Assembly: GCA_030390025.1 (NCBI GenBank)
Contig: CM059438.1
Location: 59,894,001-59,958,000, forward strand
From: Squalus acanthias
Lineage: Eukaryota
Direction: 5' to 3'
DNA: 64,000 nucleotides
In this document: positions 1 to 15,000 of the stretch, one piece after another
How positions within the stretch are numbered: the first letter of the stretch is position 1
Layout of the letters: each line of letters opens with the position of its first letter
Notes under the pieces: model-generated
What the model saw: the letters and a program-made list of their open reading frames with translations, nothing else
Told to the model about the DNA's origin: nothing
Databases searched by the model: none
Program-made: the position numbers and the translations under genes

Positions 1-3000
1 GCGGTGACACTATAGAGAGAGGCAGCACGAACAGTGAGACCAGGGGCGGTGACACTATAGAGAGAGGCAGCACGAACAGTGAGACCAGGGGCGGTGACAC
101 TATAGAGAGAGGCAGCACGAACAGTGAGACCAGGGGCGGTGACACTATAGAGAGAGGCAGCGTGAACAGTGAGACCAGGGGCGGTGACACTATAGAGAGA
201 GGCAGCGTGAACAGTGAGACCAGGGGGCGGTGACACTATAGAGAGAGGCAGCACGAACAGTGAGACCAGGGGCGGTGACACTATAGAGAGAGGCAGCACG
301 AACAGTGAGACCAGGGGCGGTGACACTATAGAGAGAGGCAGACGTGAACAGTGAGACCAGGGGCGGTGACACTATAGAGAGAGGCAGCACGGAACAGTGA
401 GACCCGGGGCGGTGACACTATAGAGAGAGGCAGCCACGAACAGTGAGACCAGGGGCGGGTGACACTATAGAGAGAGGCAGCGTGAACAGTGAGACCAGGG
501 GCGGTGACGCTATAGAGAGAGGCGCAGAACAGTGAGACCCAGGGGCGGTGTGACACTATAGAGAGAGGCAGCGTGAACAGTAGACCAGGGGCGGTGACAC
601 AATAGAGAGAGAGGCAGCACGAACAGTGAGACCAGGGGCGGTGACGCTATAGAGAGAGGCAGCACGAACAGTGAGACCAGGGGCGGGTGACACTATAGAG
701 AGAGGCAGCCCCGTGAACAGTGAGACAGGGGCGGTGACACTATAGAGAGAGGCAGCAGTGAACAGTGAGACCAGGGCGGGTGACACTATAGAGAGAGGCA
801 GCACGAACAGTGAGACCAGGGGCGGTGACGCTATAGAGAGAGGCAGCACGAACAGTGAGACCAGGGGCGGGGTGACACTATAGAGAGAGGCAGCTGAACA
901 GTGAGACCAGGGGCGGGTGACACTATAGAGAGAGAGGCAGCACGAACAGTGAGACCAGGGGCGGTGACACTATAGAGAGAGGCAGCACGAGACAGTGAGA
1001 CCAGGGGCGGTGACACTATAGAGAGAGGCAGCACGAACAGTGAGACCAGGGGCGGTGACACTATAGAGAGAGGCAGCACGACAGGTGAGACCAGGGGCGG
1101 TGACACTATAGAGAGAGGCAGCAGCGAACAGTGAGACCAGGGTGCGGTGACACTATAGAGAGAGGCAGCGTGAACAGAGAGACCAGGGGCGGTGACACTA
1201 TAAGAGTAGGCAGAGTTGAACAGTGAGACCAGGGTCGGTGACACTGACTTCGAACAGTGAGACCACAATACGCTAGAGAGGCAGCACGAACAGTGAGACC
1301 AGGGGGCGGGGACACTATAGAGAGAGGCAGAGGAACAGTGAGACCAGAGGGCGGTTGACACTATAGGAGTAGAGGCAGAGGTGAACAGTGAGACCAAGGG
1401 GCGGTTGACACTATAGAGAGAGGCAGCAAGAACAGTGAGACCAGGGGCGGTGACACTATAGAGAGAGGCAGCACGAACAGTGAGACCAGGGGCGGTGACA
1501 CTATAGAGAGAGGCAGCGTGAACAGTGAGACCAGGGGCGGTGACACTATAGAGAGAGGCAGAGTGAACAGTGAGACCAGGGGCGGTGACACTATAGAGAG
1601 AGGCAGAGTGAACAGTGAGACCAGGGGCGGTGACACTATAGAGAGAGGCAGCACGAACAGTGAGACCAGGGGCGGTGACACTATAGAGAGAGGCAGCGTG
1701 AACAGTGAGACCAGGGGCGGTGACACTATAGAGAGAGGCAGCACGAACAGTGAGACCAGGGGCGGTGACACTATAGAGAGAGGCAGAGTGAACAGTGAGA
1801 CCAGGGGCGGTGACACTATAGAGAGAGGCAGAGTGAACAGTGAGACCAGGGGCGGTGACACTATAGAGAGAGGCAGAGTGAACAGTGAGACCAGGGGCGG
1901 TGACACTATAGAGAGAGGCAGCACGAACAGTGAGACCAGGGGCGGTGACACTATAGAGAGAGGCAGCGTGAACAGTGAGACCAGGGGCGGTGACACTATA
2001 GAGAGAGGCAGCACGAACAGTGAGACCAGGGGCGGTGACACTATAGAGAGAGGCAGCGTGAACAGTGAGACCAGGGGCGGTGACACTATAGAGAGAGGCA
2101 GCGTGAACAGTGAGACCAGGGGCGGTGACACTATAGAGAGAGGCAGCGTGAACAGTGAGACCAGGGGCGGTGACACTATAGAGAGAGGCAGCACGAACAG
2201 TGAGACCAGGGGCGGTGACACTATAGAGAGAGGCAGCGTGAACAGTGAGACCAGGGGCGGTGACACTATAGAGAGAGGCAGCACGAACAGTGAGACCAGG
2301 GGCGGTGACACTATAGAGAGAGGCAGCACGAACAGTGAGACCAGGGGCGGTGACACTATAGAGAGAGGCAGCGTGAACAGTGAGACCAGGGGCGGTGACA
2401 CTATAGAGAGAGGCAGCGTGAACAGTGAGACCAGGGGCGGTGACACTATAGAGAGAGGCAGCACGAACAGTGAGACCAGGGGCGGTGACACTATAGAGAG
2501 AGGCAGCACGAACAGTGAGACAGGGGCGGTGACACTATAGAGAGGCAGCACGAACAGTGAGACAGGGCGGTGACACTATAGAGAGAGGCAGCACGAACAG
2601 TGAGACCAGGGGCGGTGACACTATAGAGAGAGGCAGCACGAACAGTGAGACCAGGGGCGGTGAGACACTATAGAGAGAAGCAGCGTGAACCAGTGAGACC
2701 AGGGCGGTGACACTATAGAGAGAGGCAGAGTGAACAGTGAGACCAGGGGCGGTGACACTATAGAGAGAGGCAGCTATGTGACAAGTGAGACCACGGGACG
2801 AGGTGACACTATAGAGAGAGGCAGCACGAAACAGTGAGACCAAGGGGCGGTGACACTATAGAGAGAGGCAGCACGAACAGTGAGACCAGGGGCGGTGGAC
2901 ACTATAGAGAGAGCAGCTCGAACAGTGAGACCAGGGCTGGTGACAACTATAGAGAGAGCAGCGTGAACAGTGAGACCAGGCCGGTGACACATATAGAGAG

Positions 3001-6000
3001 AGCAGCGTGAACAGTGAGACCAGGGGCGGTGACACTATAGAGAGAGGCAGCAGTGAACAGTGAGACCAGGGGCGGTGACACTATAGAGAGAGGCAGAGTG
3101 AACAGTGAGACCAGGGGCGGTGACACTATAGAGAGAGGCAGAGTGAACAGTGAGACCAGGGGCGGTGACACTATAGAGAGAGGCAGAGTGAACAGTGAGA
3201 CCAGGGGCGGTGACACTATAGAGAGAGGCAGCACGAACAGTGAGACCAGGGGCGGTGACACTATAGAGAGAGGCAGCGTGAACAGTGAGACCAGGGGCGG
3301 TGACACTATAGAGAGAGGCAGCGTGAACAGTGAGACCAGGGGCGGTGACACTATAGAGAGAGGCAGCACGAACAGTGAGACCAGGGGCGGTGACACTATA
3401 GAGAGAGGCAGAGTGAACAGTGAGACCAGGGGCGGTGACACTATAGAGAGAGGCAGCACGAACAGTGAGACCAGGGGCGGTGACACTATAGAGAGAGGCA
3501 GAGTGAACAGTGAGACCAGGGGCGGTGACACTATAGAGAGAGGCAGCACGAACAGTGAGACCAGGGGCGGTGACACTATAGAGAGAGGCAGCGTGAACAG
3601 TGAGACCAGGGGCGGTGACACTATAGAGAGAGGCAGAGTGAACAGTGAGACCAGGGGCGGTGACACTATAGAGAGAGGCAGCACGAACAGTGAGACCAGG
3701 GGCGGTGACACTATAGAGAGAGGCAGAGTGAACAGTGAGACCAGGGGCGGTGACACTATAGAGAGAGGCAGCACGAACAGTGAGACCAGGGGCGGTGACA
3801 CTATAGAGAGAGGCAGCAGTGAACAGTGAGACCAGGGGGCGGTGACACTATAGAGAGAGGCAGCCGTGAACAGTGAGACCAGGGGCGGTGACACTATAGA
3901 GAGAGGCAGCGTGAACAGTGAGACCAGGGGCCGGTGACACTATAGAGAGAGGCAGCAGTGAACAGTGAGACCAGGGGCGGTGACACTATAGAGAGAGGCA
4001 GCACGAACAGTGAGACCAGGGGCGGTGACACTATAGAGAGAGGCAGAGAACAGTGAGACCAGGGGCGGTGACACTATAGAGAGAGGCAGAGGAACAGTGA
4101 GACCAGGGGCGGTGACACTATAGAGAGAGGCAGCGTGAACAGTGAGACCAGGGGCGGTGACACTATAGAGAGAGGCAGCGTGAACAGTGAGACCAGGGGC
4201 GGTGACACTATAGAGAGAGGCAGAGTGAACAGTGAGACCAGGGGCCGGTGACACTATAGAGAGAGGCAGAGTGAACAGTGAGACCAGGGGCGGTGACACT
4301 ATAGAGAGAGGCAGCAGTGAACAGTGAGACCAGGGGCGGTGACACTATAGAGAGAGGCAGCACGAACAGTGAGACCAGGGGCGGTGACACTATAGAGAGA
4401 GGCAGCACGAACAGTGAGACCAGGGGCGGTGACACTATAGAGAGAGGCAGCACGAACAGTGAGACCAGGGGCGGTGACACTATAGAGAGAGGCAGAGTGA
4501 ACAGTGAGACCAGGGGCGGTGACACTATAGAGAGAGGCAGCACGAACAGTGAGACCAGGGGCGGTGACACTATAGAGAGAGGCAGCACGAACAGTGAGAC
4601 CAGGGGCGGTGACACTATAGAGAGAGGCAGCGTGAACAGTGAGGACCAGGGGCGGTTGACACTATAGAGGAGAGGCAGCACGAACAGTGAGACCAGGGGC
4701 GGTGACACTATAGAGAGAGGCCAGCACGAACAGTGAGACCAGGGGCGGTGACACTATAGAGAGAGGCAGCCGAAACAGTGAGACAAGGGCGTGACCCACA
4801 TAGAGAGAGCAGCAGTGACAGTGAGACCAGGCGGGCGGTGACACTATAAGAGACGGCAGAGTGAACAGTGAGACCAGGAGGCGTGACACTATAGAGAGAG
4901 GCAGCCCACGACAGTGAGACCCAGGGGCGGGTTGACACTATAGAGAGACGGCAGCACGAACAGTGAGACCAGGGGCGGATGACACTATAGAGAGAGGCAG
5001 CACGAACAGTGAGACCAGGGGCGGTATGACACTATTGAGAGAGGCAGCACTGAACAGTGAGACCAGGGCGGTGACCACTATAGAGAGAGGCAGCGACGAA
5101 CAGTAGAGACCAGGGGCGGTGACACTATAGAGAGAGGCAGCGTGAACAGTGAGACCAGGGGCGGTGACACTGTAGAGAGAGGCCGCGGTGAACAGTGAAC
5201 CAGGGGCGGTGACACTATAGAGAGAGGCAGCAGAACAGTGAGACCAGGGGCGGGTGACACTATAGAGAGAGGCAGCGACGAACAGTGAGGACCCAGGGGG
5301 CGGTGACACTATAGAGAGAGGCAGCGTGAACAGGTGAGACCAGGGGCGGTGACACTATGAGAGAGGCAGCCGAGAACAGTGAGACCAGGGGCGGTGGACA
5401 CTAATAGAGAGAGGCAGAGTGAACAGTGAGACCAGGGGGGCGGTGACGCTATAGAGAGAGGCAGCGTGAACAGTGAGACCAGGGGCGGTTGACACTATAG
5501 AGAGAGGCAGGCACGAACAGTGAACCAGGTCGGTGGTGACTATCTATAGAGAGAGGCCAGAGTGAACAGTGAGACCAGGGCGGTGACACTATAGGAGAGA
5601 GGCAGCACGAACAGTGAGACGGGGGGAGGGGCGGTGACACTATAGAGAGAGGCAGCACGAACAGCTGAGACCAGGGGCGGTGACACTATAGAGAGAGGCA
5701 AGTAACACGAACAGTTGAGACCCACAGGGGCGGTGACACATATAGAGAGAGGCAGCGACGAACAGTGAGACCAGGGGCGGTGGACACTATAGAGAGAGGC
5801 AAGCACGTGAACAGTGAGACCAGGGGCGGTGACACTATAGAGAGAGGCAGCACGAACAGTGAGACCAGGGGCGGTGACACTATAGAGAGAGGCAGCACGA
5901 ACAGTGAGACCAGGGGCGGTGACACTATAGAGAGAGGCAGCACGAACAGTGAGACCAGGGGCGGGTGACACTATAGAGAGAGGCAGCACGAACAGTGAGA

Positions 6001-9000
6001 CCAGGGGCGGTGACACTATAGAGAGAGGCAGCACGAACAGTGAGACCAGGGGCGGTGACACTATAGAGAGAGGCAGCAGTGAACAGTGAGACCAGGGGCG
6101 GTGACACTATAGAGAGAGGCAGAGTGAACAGTGAGACCAGGGGCGGTGACACTATAGAGAGAGGGCAGCACGAACAGTGAGACCAGGGGCGGTGACCACT
6201 ATAGAGAGAGGCAGCGTGAACAGTGAGACCAGGGGCGGTGACACTATAGAGAGAGGCAGCAGTGAACAGTGAGACCAGGGGCGGTTGACACTATAGAGAG
6301 AGGCAGCAAGTAACAGTGAGACCAGGGGCGGTGACACTATAGAGAGAGGCAGCGTGAACAGTGAGACCAGGGGCGGTGACACTATAGAGAGAGGCAGCAC
6401 GAACAGTGAGACCAGGGGCGGTGACACTATAGAGAGAGGCAGCACGAACAGTGAGACCAGGGGCGGTGACACTATAGAGAGAGGCAGCGTGAACAGTGAG
6501 ACCAGGGGCGGTGACACTATAGAGAGAGGCAGCGTGAACAGTGAGACCAGGGGCGGTGACACTATAGAGAGAGGCAGCACGAACAGTGAGACCAGGGGCG
6601 GTGACACTATAGAGAGAGGCAGAGTGAACAGTGAGACCAGGGGCGGTGACACTATAGAGAGAGGCAGCACGAACAGTGAGACCAGGGGCGGTGACACTAT
6701 AGAGAGAGGCAGCGTGAACAGTGAGACCAGGGGCGGTGACACTATAGAGAGAGGCAGCACGAACAGTGAGACCAGGGGCGGTGACACTATAGAGAGAGGC
6801 AGCGTGAACAGTGAGACCAGGGGCTGGTGACACTATAGAGAGAGGCAGAAGTGAACAGTGAGACAGGGGCGGTGACACTATAGAGAGAGGCAGCAGTGAA
6901 CAGTGAGACCAGGGGCCGGTGAACTATAGAGAGAGGCAGCACGAACAGTGAGACCAGGGGCGGTGGACCCGCTATAGAGAGAGGCAGCGGGGAACAGTGA
7001 GACCAGAGGGCGGGGTGACACTATAGAGAGAGGCCAGCGTGAACAGTGAGACCAGGGGCGGTGACACTATAGAGAGAGGCAGCCGCACGGTGAGACCAGG
7101 GGGGTGACACTATAGAGAGAGGCAGCGTGAACAGTGAGACCAGGGGCGGTGACACTATAGAGAGAGGCAGCGCGAACAGTGAGACCAAGGGGCGGTGACA
7201 CTATAGAGAGAGGCAGCCGAACAGTGAGACAGGGGCGGTGACGCTATAGAGAGAGGCACGACAGTGAGACCAGGGGCGGTGACACTATAGAGAGAGGCAG
7301 CACGAACAGTGAGACCAGGGGCGGTGACACTATAGAGAGAGGCAGAGTGAACAGTGAGACCAGGGGCGGTGACACTATAGAGAGAGGCAGAGTGAACAGT
7401 GAGACCAGGGCAGGTGACACTATAGAGAGAGGCAGCACGAACAGTGAGACCAGGGGCGGTGACACTATAGAGAGAGGCAGCACGAACAGTGAGACCAGGG
7501 GCGGTGACACTATAGAGAGAGGCAGAGTGAACAGTGAGACCAGGGGCGGTGACACTATAGAGAGAGGCAGCACGAACAGTGAGACCAGGGGCGGTGACAC
7601 TATAGAGAGAGGCAGCACGAACAGTGAGACCAGGGGCGGTGACACTATAGAGAGAGGCAGCGTGAACAGTGAGACCAGGGGCGGTGACACTATAGAGAGA
7701 GGCAGCACGAACAGTGAGACCAGGGGCGGTGACACTATAGAGAGAGGCAGCGTGAACAGTGAGACCAGGGCGGTGACACTATAGAGAGAGGCAGCACGAA
7801 CAGTGAGACCAGGGGCGGTGACACTATAGAGAGAGGCAGAGTGAACAGTGAGACCAGGGGCGGTGACACTATAGAGAGAGGCAGCGTGAACAGTGAGACC
7901 AGGGGCGGTGACACTATAGAGAGAGGCAGAGTGAACAGTGAGACCAGGGGCGGTGACACTATAGAGAGAGGCAGCACGAACAGTGAGACCAGGGGCGGTG
8001 ACACTATAGAGAGAGGCAGCGTGAACAGTGAGACCAGGGCGGTGACACTATAGAGAGAGGCAGCGAGAACAGTGAGACCAGGGCGGTGACACTATAGAGA
8101 GAGGCAGCGTGAACAGTGAGACCAGGGGCGGGTGACACTATAGAGAGAGGCAGCACGAACAGTGAGACAGGGGCGGTGACACTATAGAGAGAGGCAGCCG
8201 AACAGTGAGACAGGGGCGGTGACACTATAGAGAGAGGCAGCAGAACAGTGAGACCAGGGGCGGGCACTAGAGAGAGGCAGCACGAACAGTGAGACCAGGG
8301 GCGGTGACACTATAGAGAGAGGCAGCACGAACAGTGAGACCAGGGGCGGTGACACTATAGAGAGAGGCAGCACGAACAGTGAGACCAGGGCGGTGACACT
8401 ATAGAGAGAGGCAGCGTGAACAGTGAGACCAGGGCGGTGACACTATAGAGAGAGGCAGCGTGAACAGTGAGACCAGGGGCGGTGACACTATAGAGAGAGG
8501 CAGCACGAACAGTGAGACCAGGGGCGGTGACCTATAGAGAGAGCAGCACGAACAGTGAGACCAGGGGCGGTGACACTATAGAGAGAGGCAGCACGAACAG
8601 TGAGACCAGGGGCGGTGACACTATAGAGAGAGGCAGAGTGAACAGTGAGACCAGGGGCGGTGACACTATAGAGAGAGGCAGCACGAACAGTGAGACCAGG
8701 GGCGGTGACACTATAGAGAGAGGCAGCACGAACAGTGAGACCAGGGGCGGTGACACTATAGAGAGAGGCAGCACGAACAGTGAGACCAGGGGCGGTGACA
8801 CTATAGAGAGAGGCAGCGTGAACAGTGAGACCAGGGGCGGTGACACTATAGAGAGAGGCAGCGTGAACAGTGAGACCAGGGGCGGTGACACTATAGAGAG
8901 AGGCAGCACGAACAGTGAGACCAGGGGCGGTGACACTATAGAGAGAGGCAGCGTGAACAGTGAGACCAGGGGCGGTGACACTATAGAGAGAGGCAGCACG

Positions 9001-12000
9001 AACAGTGAGACCAGGGGCGGTGACACTATAGAGAGAGGCAGCACGAACAGTGAGACCAGGGGCGGTGACACTATAGAGAGAGGCAGCACGAACAGTGAGA
9101 CCAGGGGCGGTGACACTATAGAGAGAGGCAGAGTGAACAGTGAGACCAGGGGCGGTGACACTATAGAGAGAGGCAGCACGAACAGTGAGACCAGGGGCGG
9201 TGACACTATAGAGAGAGGCAGCGTGAACAGTGAGACCAGGGGCGGTGACACTATAGAGAGAGGCAGCACGAACAGTGAGACCAGGGGCGGTGACACTATA
9301 GAGAGAGGCAGCACGAACAGTGAGACCAGGGGCGGTGACACTATAGAGAGAGGCAGAGTGAACAGTGAGACCAGGGGCGGTGACACTATAGAGAGAGGCA
9401 GCGTGAACAGTGAGACCAGGGGCGGTGACACTATAGAGAGAGGCAGCACGAACAGTGAGACCAGGGGCGGTGACACTATAGAGAGAGGCAGCACGAACAG
9501 TGAGACCAGGGGCGGTGACACTATAGAGAGAGGCAGCACGAACAGTGAGACCAGGGGCGGTGACACTATAGAGAGAGGCAGAGTGAACAGTGAGACCAGG
9601 GGCGGTGACACTATAGAGAGAGGCAGCGTGAACAGTGAGACCAGGGGCGGTGACAACTATAGAGAGAGGCAGCACGAACAGTGAGACCAGGGCGGGTGAC
9701 ACTATAGAGAGAGGCAGAGTGAACAGTGAGACCAGGGGCGGTGACACTATAGAGAGAGGCAGCACGAACAGTGAGACCAGGGGCGGTGACACTATAGAGA
9801 GAGGCAGCACGAAACAGTGAGACCAGGGGCGGTGACACTATAGAGAGAGGCAGAGTGAACAGTGAGACCAGGGGCGGTGACACTATAGAGAGAGGCAGCA
9901 CGAACAGTGAGACCAGGGGCGGTGACACTATAGAGAGAGGCAGCACGAACAGTGAGACCAGGGGCGGTGACACTATAGAGAGAGGCAGAGTGAACAGTGA
10001 GACCAGGGGCGGTGACACTATAGAGAGAGGCAGCGTGAACAGTGAGACCAGGGGCGGGTGACACTATAGAGAGAGGCAGCACGAACAGTGAGACCAGGGG
10101 CGGTGACACTATAGAGAGAGGCAGCACGAACAGTGAGACCAGGGGCGGTGACACTATAGAGAGAGGCAGCGAGAACAGTGAGACCAGGGGCGGTGACACT
10201 ATAGAGAGAGGCAGCACGAACAGTGAGACCAGGGGCGGTGACACTATAGAGAGAGGCAGCACGAACAGTGAGACCAGGGGCGGTGACACTATAGAGAGAG
10301 GCAGCCGAACAGTGAGACCAGGGGCGGTGACACTATAGAGAGAGGCAGCACGAACAGTGAGACCAGGGGCGGTGACACTATAGAGAGAGGCAGCAGGAAC
10401 AGTGAGACCAGGGGCGGTGACACTATAGAGAGAGGCCAGCACGAACAGTGAGACCAGGGGCGGTGACACTATAGAGAGAGGCAGCGACGAACAGTGAGAC
10501 CAGGGGCGGTGACACTATAGAGAGAGGCAGCGACGAACAGTGAGACCAGGGGCGGTGACACTATAGAGAGAGGCAGCGTGAACAGTGAGACCAGGGGCGG
10601 TGACACTATAGAGAGAGGCAGAGTGAACAGTGAGACCAGGGGCGGTGACACTATAGAGAGAGGCAGCGTGAACAGTGAGACCAGGGGCGGTGACACTATA
10701 GAGAGAGGCAGCGTGAACAGTGAGACCAGGGGCGGTGACACTATAGAGAGAGGCAGCACGAACAGTGAGACCAGGGGCGGTGACACTATAGAGAGAGGCA
10801 GCACGAACAGTGAGACCAGGGGCGGTGACACTATAGAGAGAGGCAGCGTGAACAGTGAGACCAGGGGCGGTGACACTATAGAGAGAGGCAGCACGAACAG
10901 TGAGACCAGGGGCGGTGACACTATAGAGAGAGGCAGCACGAACAGTGAGACCAGGGGCGGTGACACTATAGAGAGAGGCAGCACGAACAGTGAGACCAGG
11001 GGCGGTGACACTATAGAGAGAGGCAGCGTGAACAGTGAGACCAGGGGCGGTGACACTATAGAGAGAGGCAGCGTGAACAGTGAGACCAGGGGCGGTGACA
11101 CTATAGAGAGAGGCAGCACGAACAGTGAGACCAGGGGCGGTGACACTATAGAGAGAGGCAGCAGTGAACAGTGAGACCAGGGGCGGTGACACTATAGAGA
11201 GAGGCAGCACGAACAGTGAGACCAGGGGCGGTGACACTATAGAGAGAGGCAGCGTGAACAGTGAGACCAGGGGCGGTGACACTATAGAGAGAGGCAGCAC
11301 GAACAGTGAGACCAGGGGCGGTGACACTATAGAGAGAGGCAGCGTGAACAGTGAGACCAGGGGCGGTGACACTATAGAGAGAGGCAGCGTGAACAGTGAG
11401 ACCAGGGGCGGTGACACTATAGAGAGAGGCAGCACGAACAGTGAGACCAGGGGCGGTGACACTATAGAGAGAGGCAGCGTGAACAGTGAGACCAGGGCGG
11501 TGACACTATAGAGAGAGGCAGCAGTGAACAGTGAGACCAGGGGCGGTGACACTATAGAGAGAGGCAGACGAACAGTGAGACCAGGGGCGGTGACACTATA
11601 GAGAGAGGCAGCACGAACAGTGAGACCAGGGGCGGTGACACTATAGAGAGAGGCAGCACGAACAGTGAGACCAGGGGCGGTGACACTATAGAGAGAGGCA
11701 GCACGAACAGTGAGACCAGGGGCGGTGACACTATAGAGAGAGGCAGAGTGAACAGTGAGACCAGGGGCGGTGACACTATAGAGAGAGGCAGCGTGAACAG
11801 TGAGACCAGGGGCGGTTGACACTATAGAGAGAGGCAGAGTGAACAGTGAGACCAGGGGCGGTGACACTATAGAGAGAGGCAGCCGTGAACAGTGATGAGA
11901 CCAGGGCGGTGACACTATAGAGAGAGGCAGCCGAACAGTGAGACCAGGGGCGGTTGACACTATAGAGAGAGGCAGCACGAACAGTGAGACCAGGGGCGGT

Positions 12001-15000
12001 GACACTATAGAGAGAGGCAGCACGAACAGTGAGACCAGGGGCGGTGACACTATAGAGAGAGGCAGCACGAACAGTGAGGACCAGGGGCGGTGACACTATA
12101 GAGAGAGGCAGCCGAACAGTGAGACCAGGGGCGGTGACACTATAGAGAGAGGCAGCACGAACAGTGAGACCAGGGGCGGTGACACTATAGAGAGAGGCAG
12201 CGTGAACAGTGAGACCAGGGGCGGTGACACTATAGAGAGAGGCAGCGTGAACAGTGAGACCAGGGGCGGTGACACTATAGAGAGAGGCAGAGTGAACAGT
12301 GAGACCAGGGGCGGTGACACTATAGAGAGAGGCAGCGTGAACAGTGAGACCAGGGGCGGTGACACTATAGAGAGAGGCAGCACGAACAGTGAGACCAGGG
12401 GCGGTGACACTATAGAGAGAGGCAGCACGAACAGTGAGACCAGGGGCGGTGACACTATAGAGAGAGGCAGCACGAACAGTGAGACCAGGGGCGGTGACAC
12501 TATAGAGAGAGGCAGCACGTGAACAGTGAGACCAGGGGCGGTGACACTATAGAGAGAGGCAGCACGAACAGTGAGACCAGGGGCGTGACACTATAGAGAG
12601 AGGCAGCTGTGAACAGTGAGACCAGGGGCGGTGACACTATAGAGAGAGGCAGAGTGAACAGTGAGACCAGGGGCGGTGACCACTATAGAGAGAGGCAGCA
12701 CGAACAGTGAGACCAGGGGCGGTGACACTATAGAGAGAGGCAGCGTGAACAGTGAGACCAGGGGCGGGTGACACTATAGAGAGAGGCAGCGTGAACAGTG
12801 AGACCAGGGGCGGTGACACTATAGAGAGAGGCAGCGTGAACAGTGAGACCAGGGGCGGTGACACTATAGAGAGAGGCAGCACGAACAGTGAGACCAGGGG
12901 CGGTGACACTATAGAGAGAGGCAGCGTGAACAGTGAGACAGGGGCGGTGACACTATAGAGAGAGGCAGCACGAACAGTGAGACCAGGGGCGTGACACTAT
13001 AGAGAGAGGCAGACGAACAGTGAGACCAGGGGCGGTGACACTATAGAGAGAGGCAGACGAACAGTGAGACCAGGGGCGGTGACACTATAGAGAGAGGCAG
13101 CACGAACAGTGAGACCAGGGGCTGGTGACACTATAGAGAGAGGCAGCACGAACAGTGAGACCAGGGGCGGTGACACTATAGAGAGAGGCAGCGTGAACAG
13201 TGAGACCAGGGGCGGTGACACTATAGAGAGAGGCAGCACGAACAGTGAGACCAGGGGCGGTGACACTATAGAGAGAGGCAGCGTGAACAGTGAGACCAGG
13301 GCGGTGACACTATAGAGAGAGGCAGCAGTGAACAGTGAGACCAGGGGCGGTGACACTATAGAGAGAGGCAGCACGAACAGTGAGACCAGGGGCGGTGACA
13401 CTATAGAGAGAGGCAGCACGAACAGTGAGACCAGGGGCGGTGACACTATAGAGAGAGGCAGCACGAACAGTGAGACCAGGGGCGGTGACACTATAGAGAG
13501 AGGCAGCACGAACAGTGAGACCAGGGGCGGGTGACACTATAGAGAGAGGCAGCAGTGAACAGTGAGACCAGGGGCGGTGACACTATAGAGAGAGGCAGCA
13601 CGAACAGTGAGACCAGGGGCGGTGACACTATAGAGAGAGGCAGCACGAACAGTGAGACCAGGGGCGGTGACACTATAGAGAGAGGCAGCGTGAACAGTGA
13701 GACCAGGGGCGGTGACACTATAGAGAGAGGCAGCACGAACAGTGAGACCAGGGGCGGTGACACTATAGAGAGAGGCAGCACGAACAGTGAGACCAGGGGC
13801 GGTGACACTATAGAGAGAGGCAGCACGGAACAGTGAGACCAGGGGCGGTGACACTATAGAGAGAGGCAGCAGTGAACAGTGAGACCAGGGCGGGTGACAC
13901 TATAGAGAGAGGCAGCACGAACAGTGAGACCAGGGGCGGTGACACTATAGAGAGAGGCAGCACGAACAGTGAGACCAGGGGCGGTGACACTATAGAGAGA
14001 GGCAGCACGTGAAACAGTGAGACCAGGGGCGGTGACACTATAGAGAGAGGCAGAGTGAACAGTGAGACCAGGGGCGGTGACACTATAGAGAGAGGCAGCA
14101 CGAACAGTGAGACCAGGGGCGGTGACACTATAGAGAGAGGCAGCGTGAACAGTGAGACCAGGGGCGGTGACACTATAGAGAGAGGCAGCACGAACAGTGA
14201 GACCAGGGGCGGTGACACTATAGAGAGAGGCAGCACGAACAGTGAGACCAGGGGCGGTGACACTATAGAGAGAGGCAGCACGAACAGTGAGACCAGGGGC
14301 GGTGACACTATAGAGAGAGGCAGCGTGAACAGTGAGACCAGGGGCGGTGACACTATAGAGAGAGGCAGCACGAACAGTGAGACCAGGGGCGGTGACACTA
14401 TAGAGAGAGGCAGCGTGAACAGTGAGACCAGGGGCGGTGACACTATAGAGAGAGGCAGCACGAACAGTGAGACCAGGGGCGGTGACACTATAGAGAGAGG
14501 CAGCGTGAACAGTGAGACCAGGGGCGGTGACACTATAGAGAGAGGCAGCACGAACAGTGAGACCAGGGGCGGTGACACTATAGAGAGAGGCAGCATGAAC
14601 AGTGAGACCAGGGGCGGTGACACTATAGAGAGAGNNNNNNNNNNNNNNNNNNNNNNNNNNNNNNNNNNNNNNNNNNNNNNNNNNNNNNNNNNNNNNNNNN
14701 NNNNNNNNNNNNNNNNNNNNNNNNNNNNNNNNNNNNNNNNNNNNNNNNNNNNNNNNNNNNNNNNNNNNNNNNNNNNNNNNNNNNNNNNNNNNNNNNNNNN
14801 NNNNNNNNNNNNNNNNNNNNNNNNNNNNNNNNNNGGCGGTGACACTATAGAGAGAGGCAGCACGAACAGTGAGACCAGGGGCGGTGACACTATAGAGAGA
14901 GGCAGCACGAACAGTGAGACCAGGGCGGTGACACTATAGAGAGAGGCAGCGTGAACAGTGAGACCAGGGGCGGTGACACTATAGAGAGAGGCAGCACGAA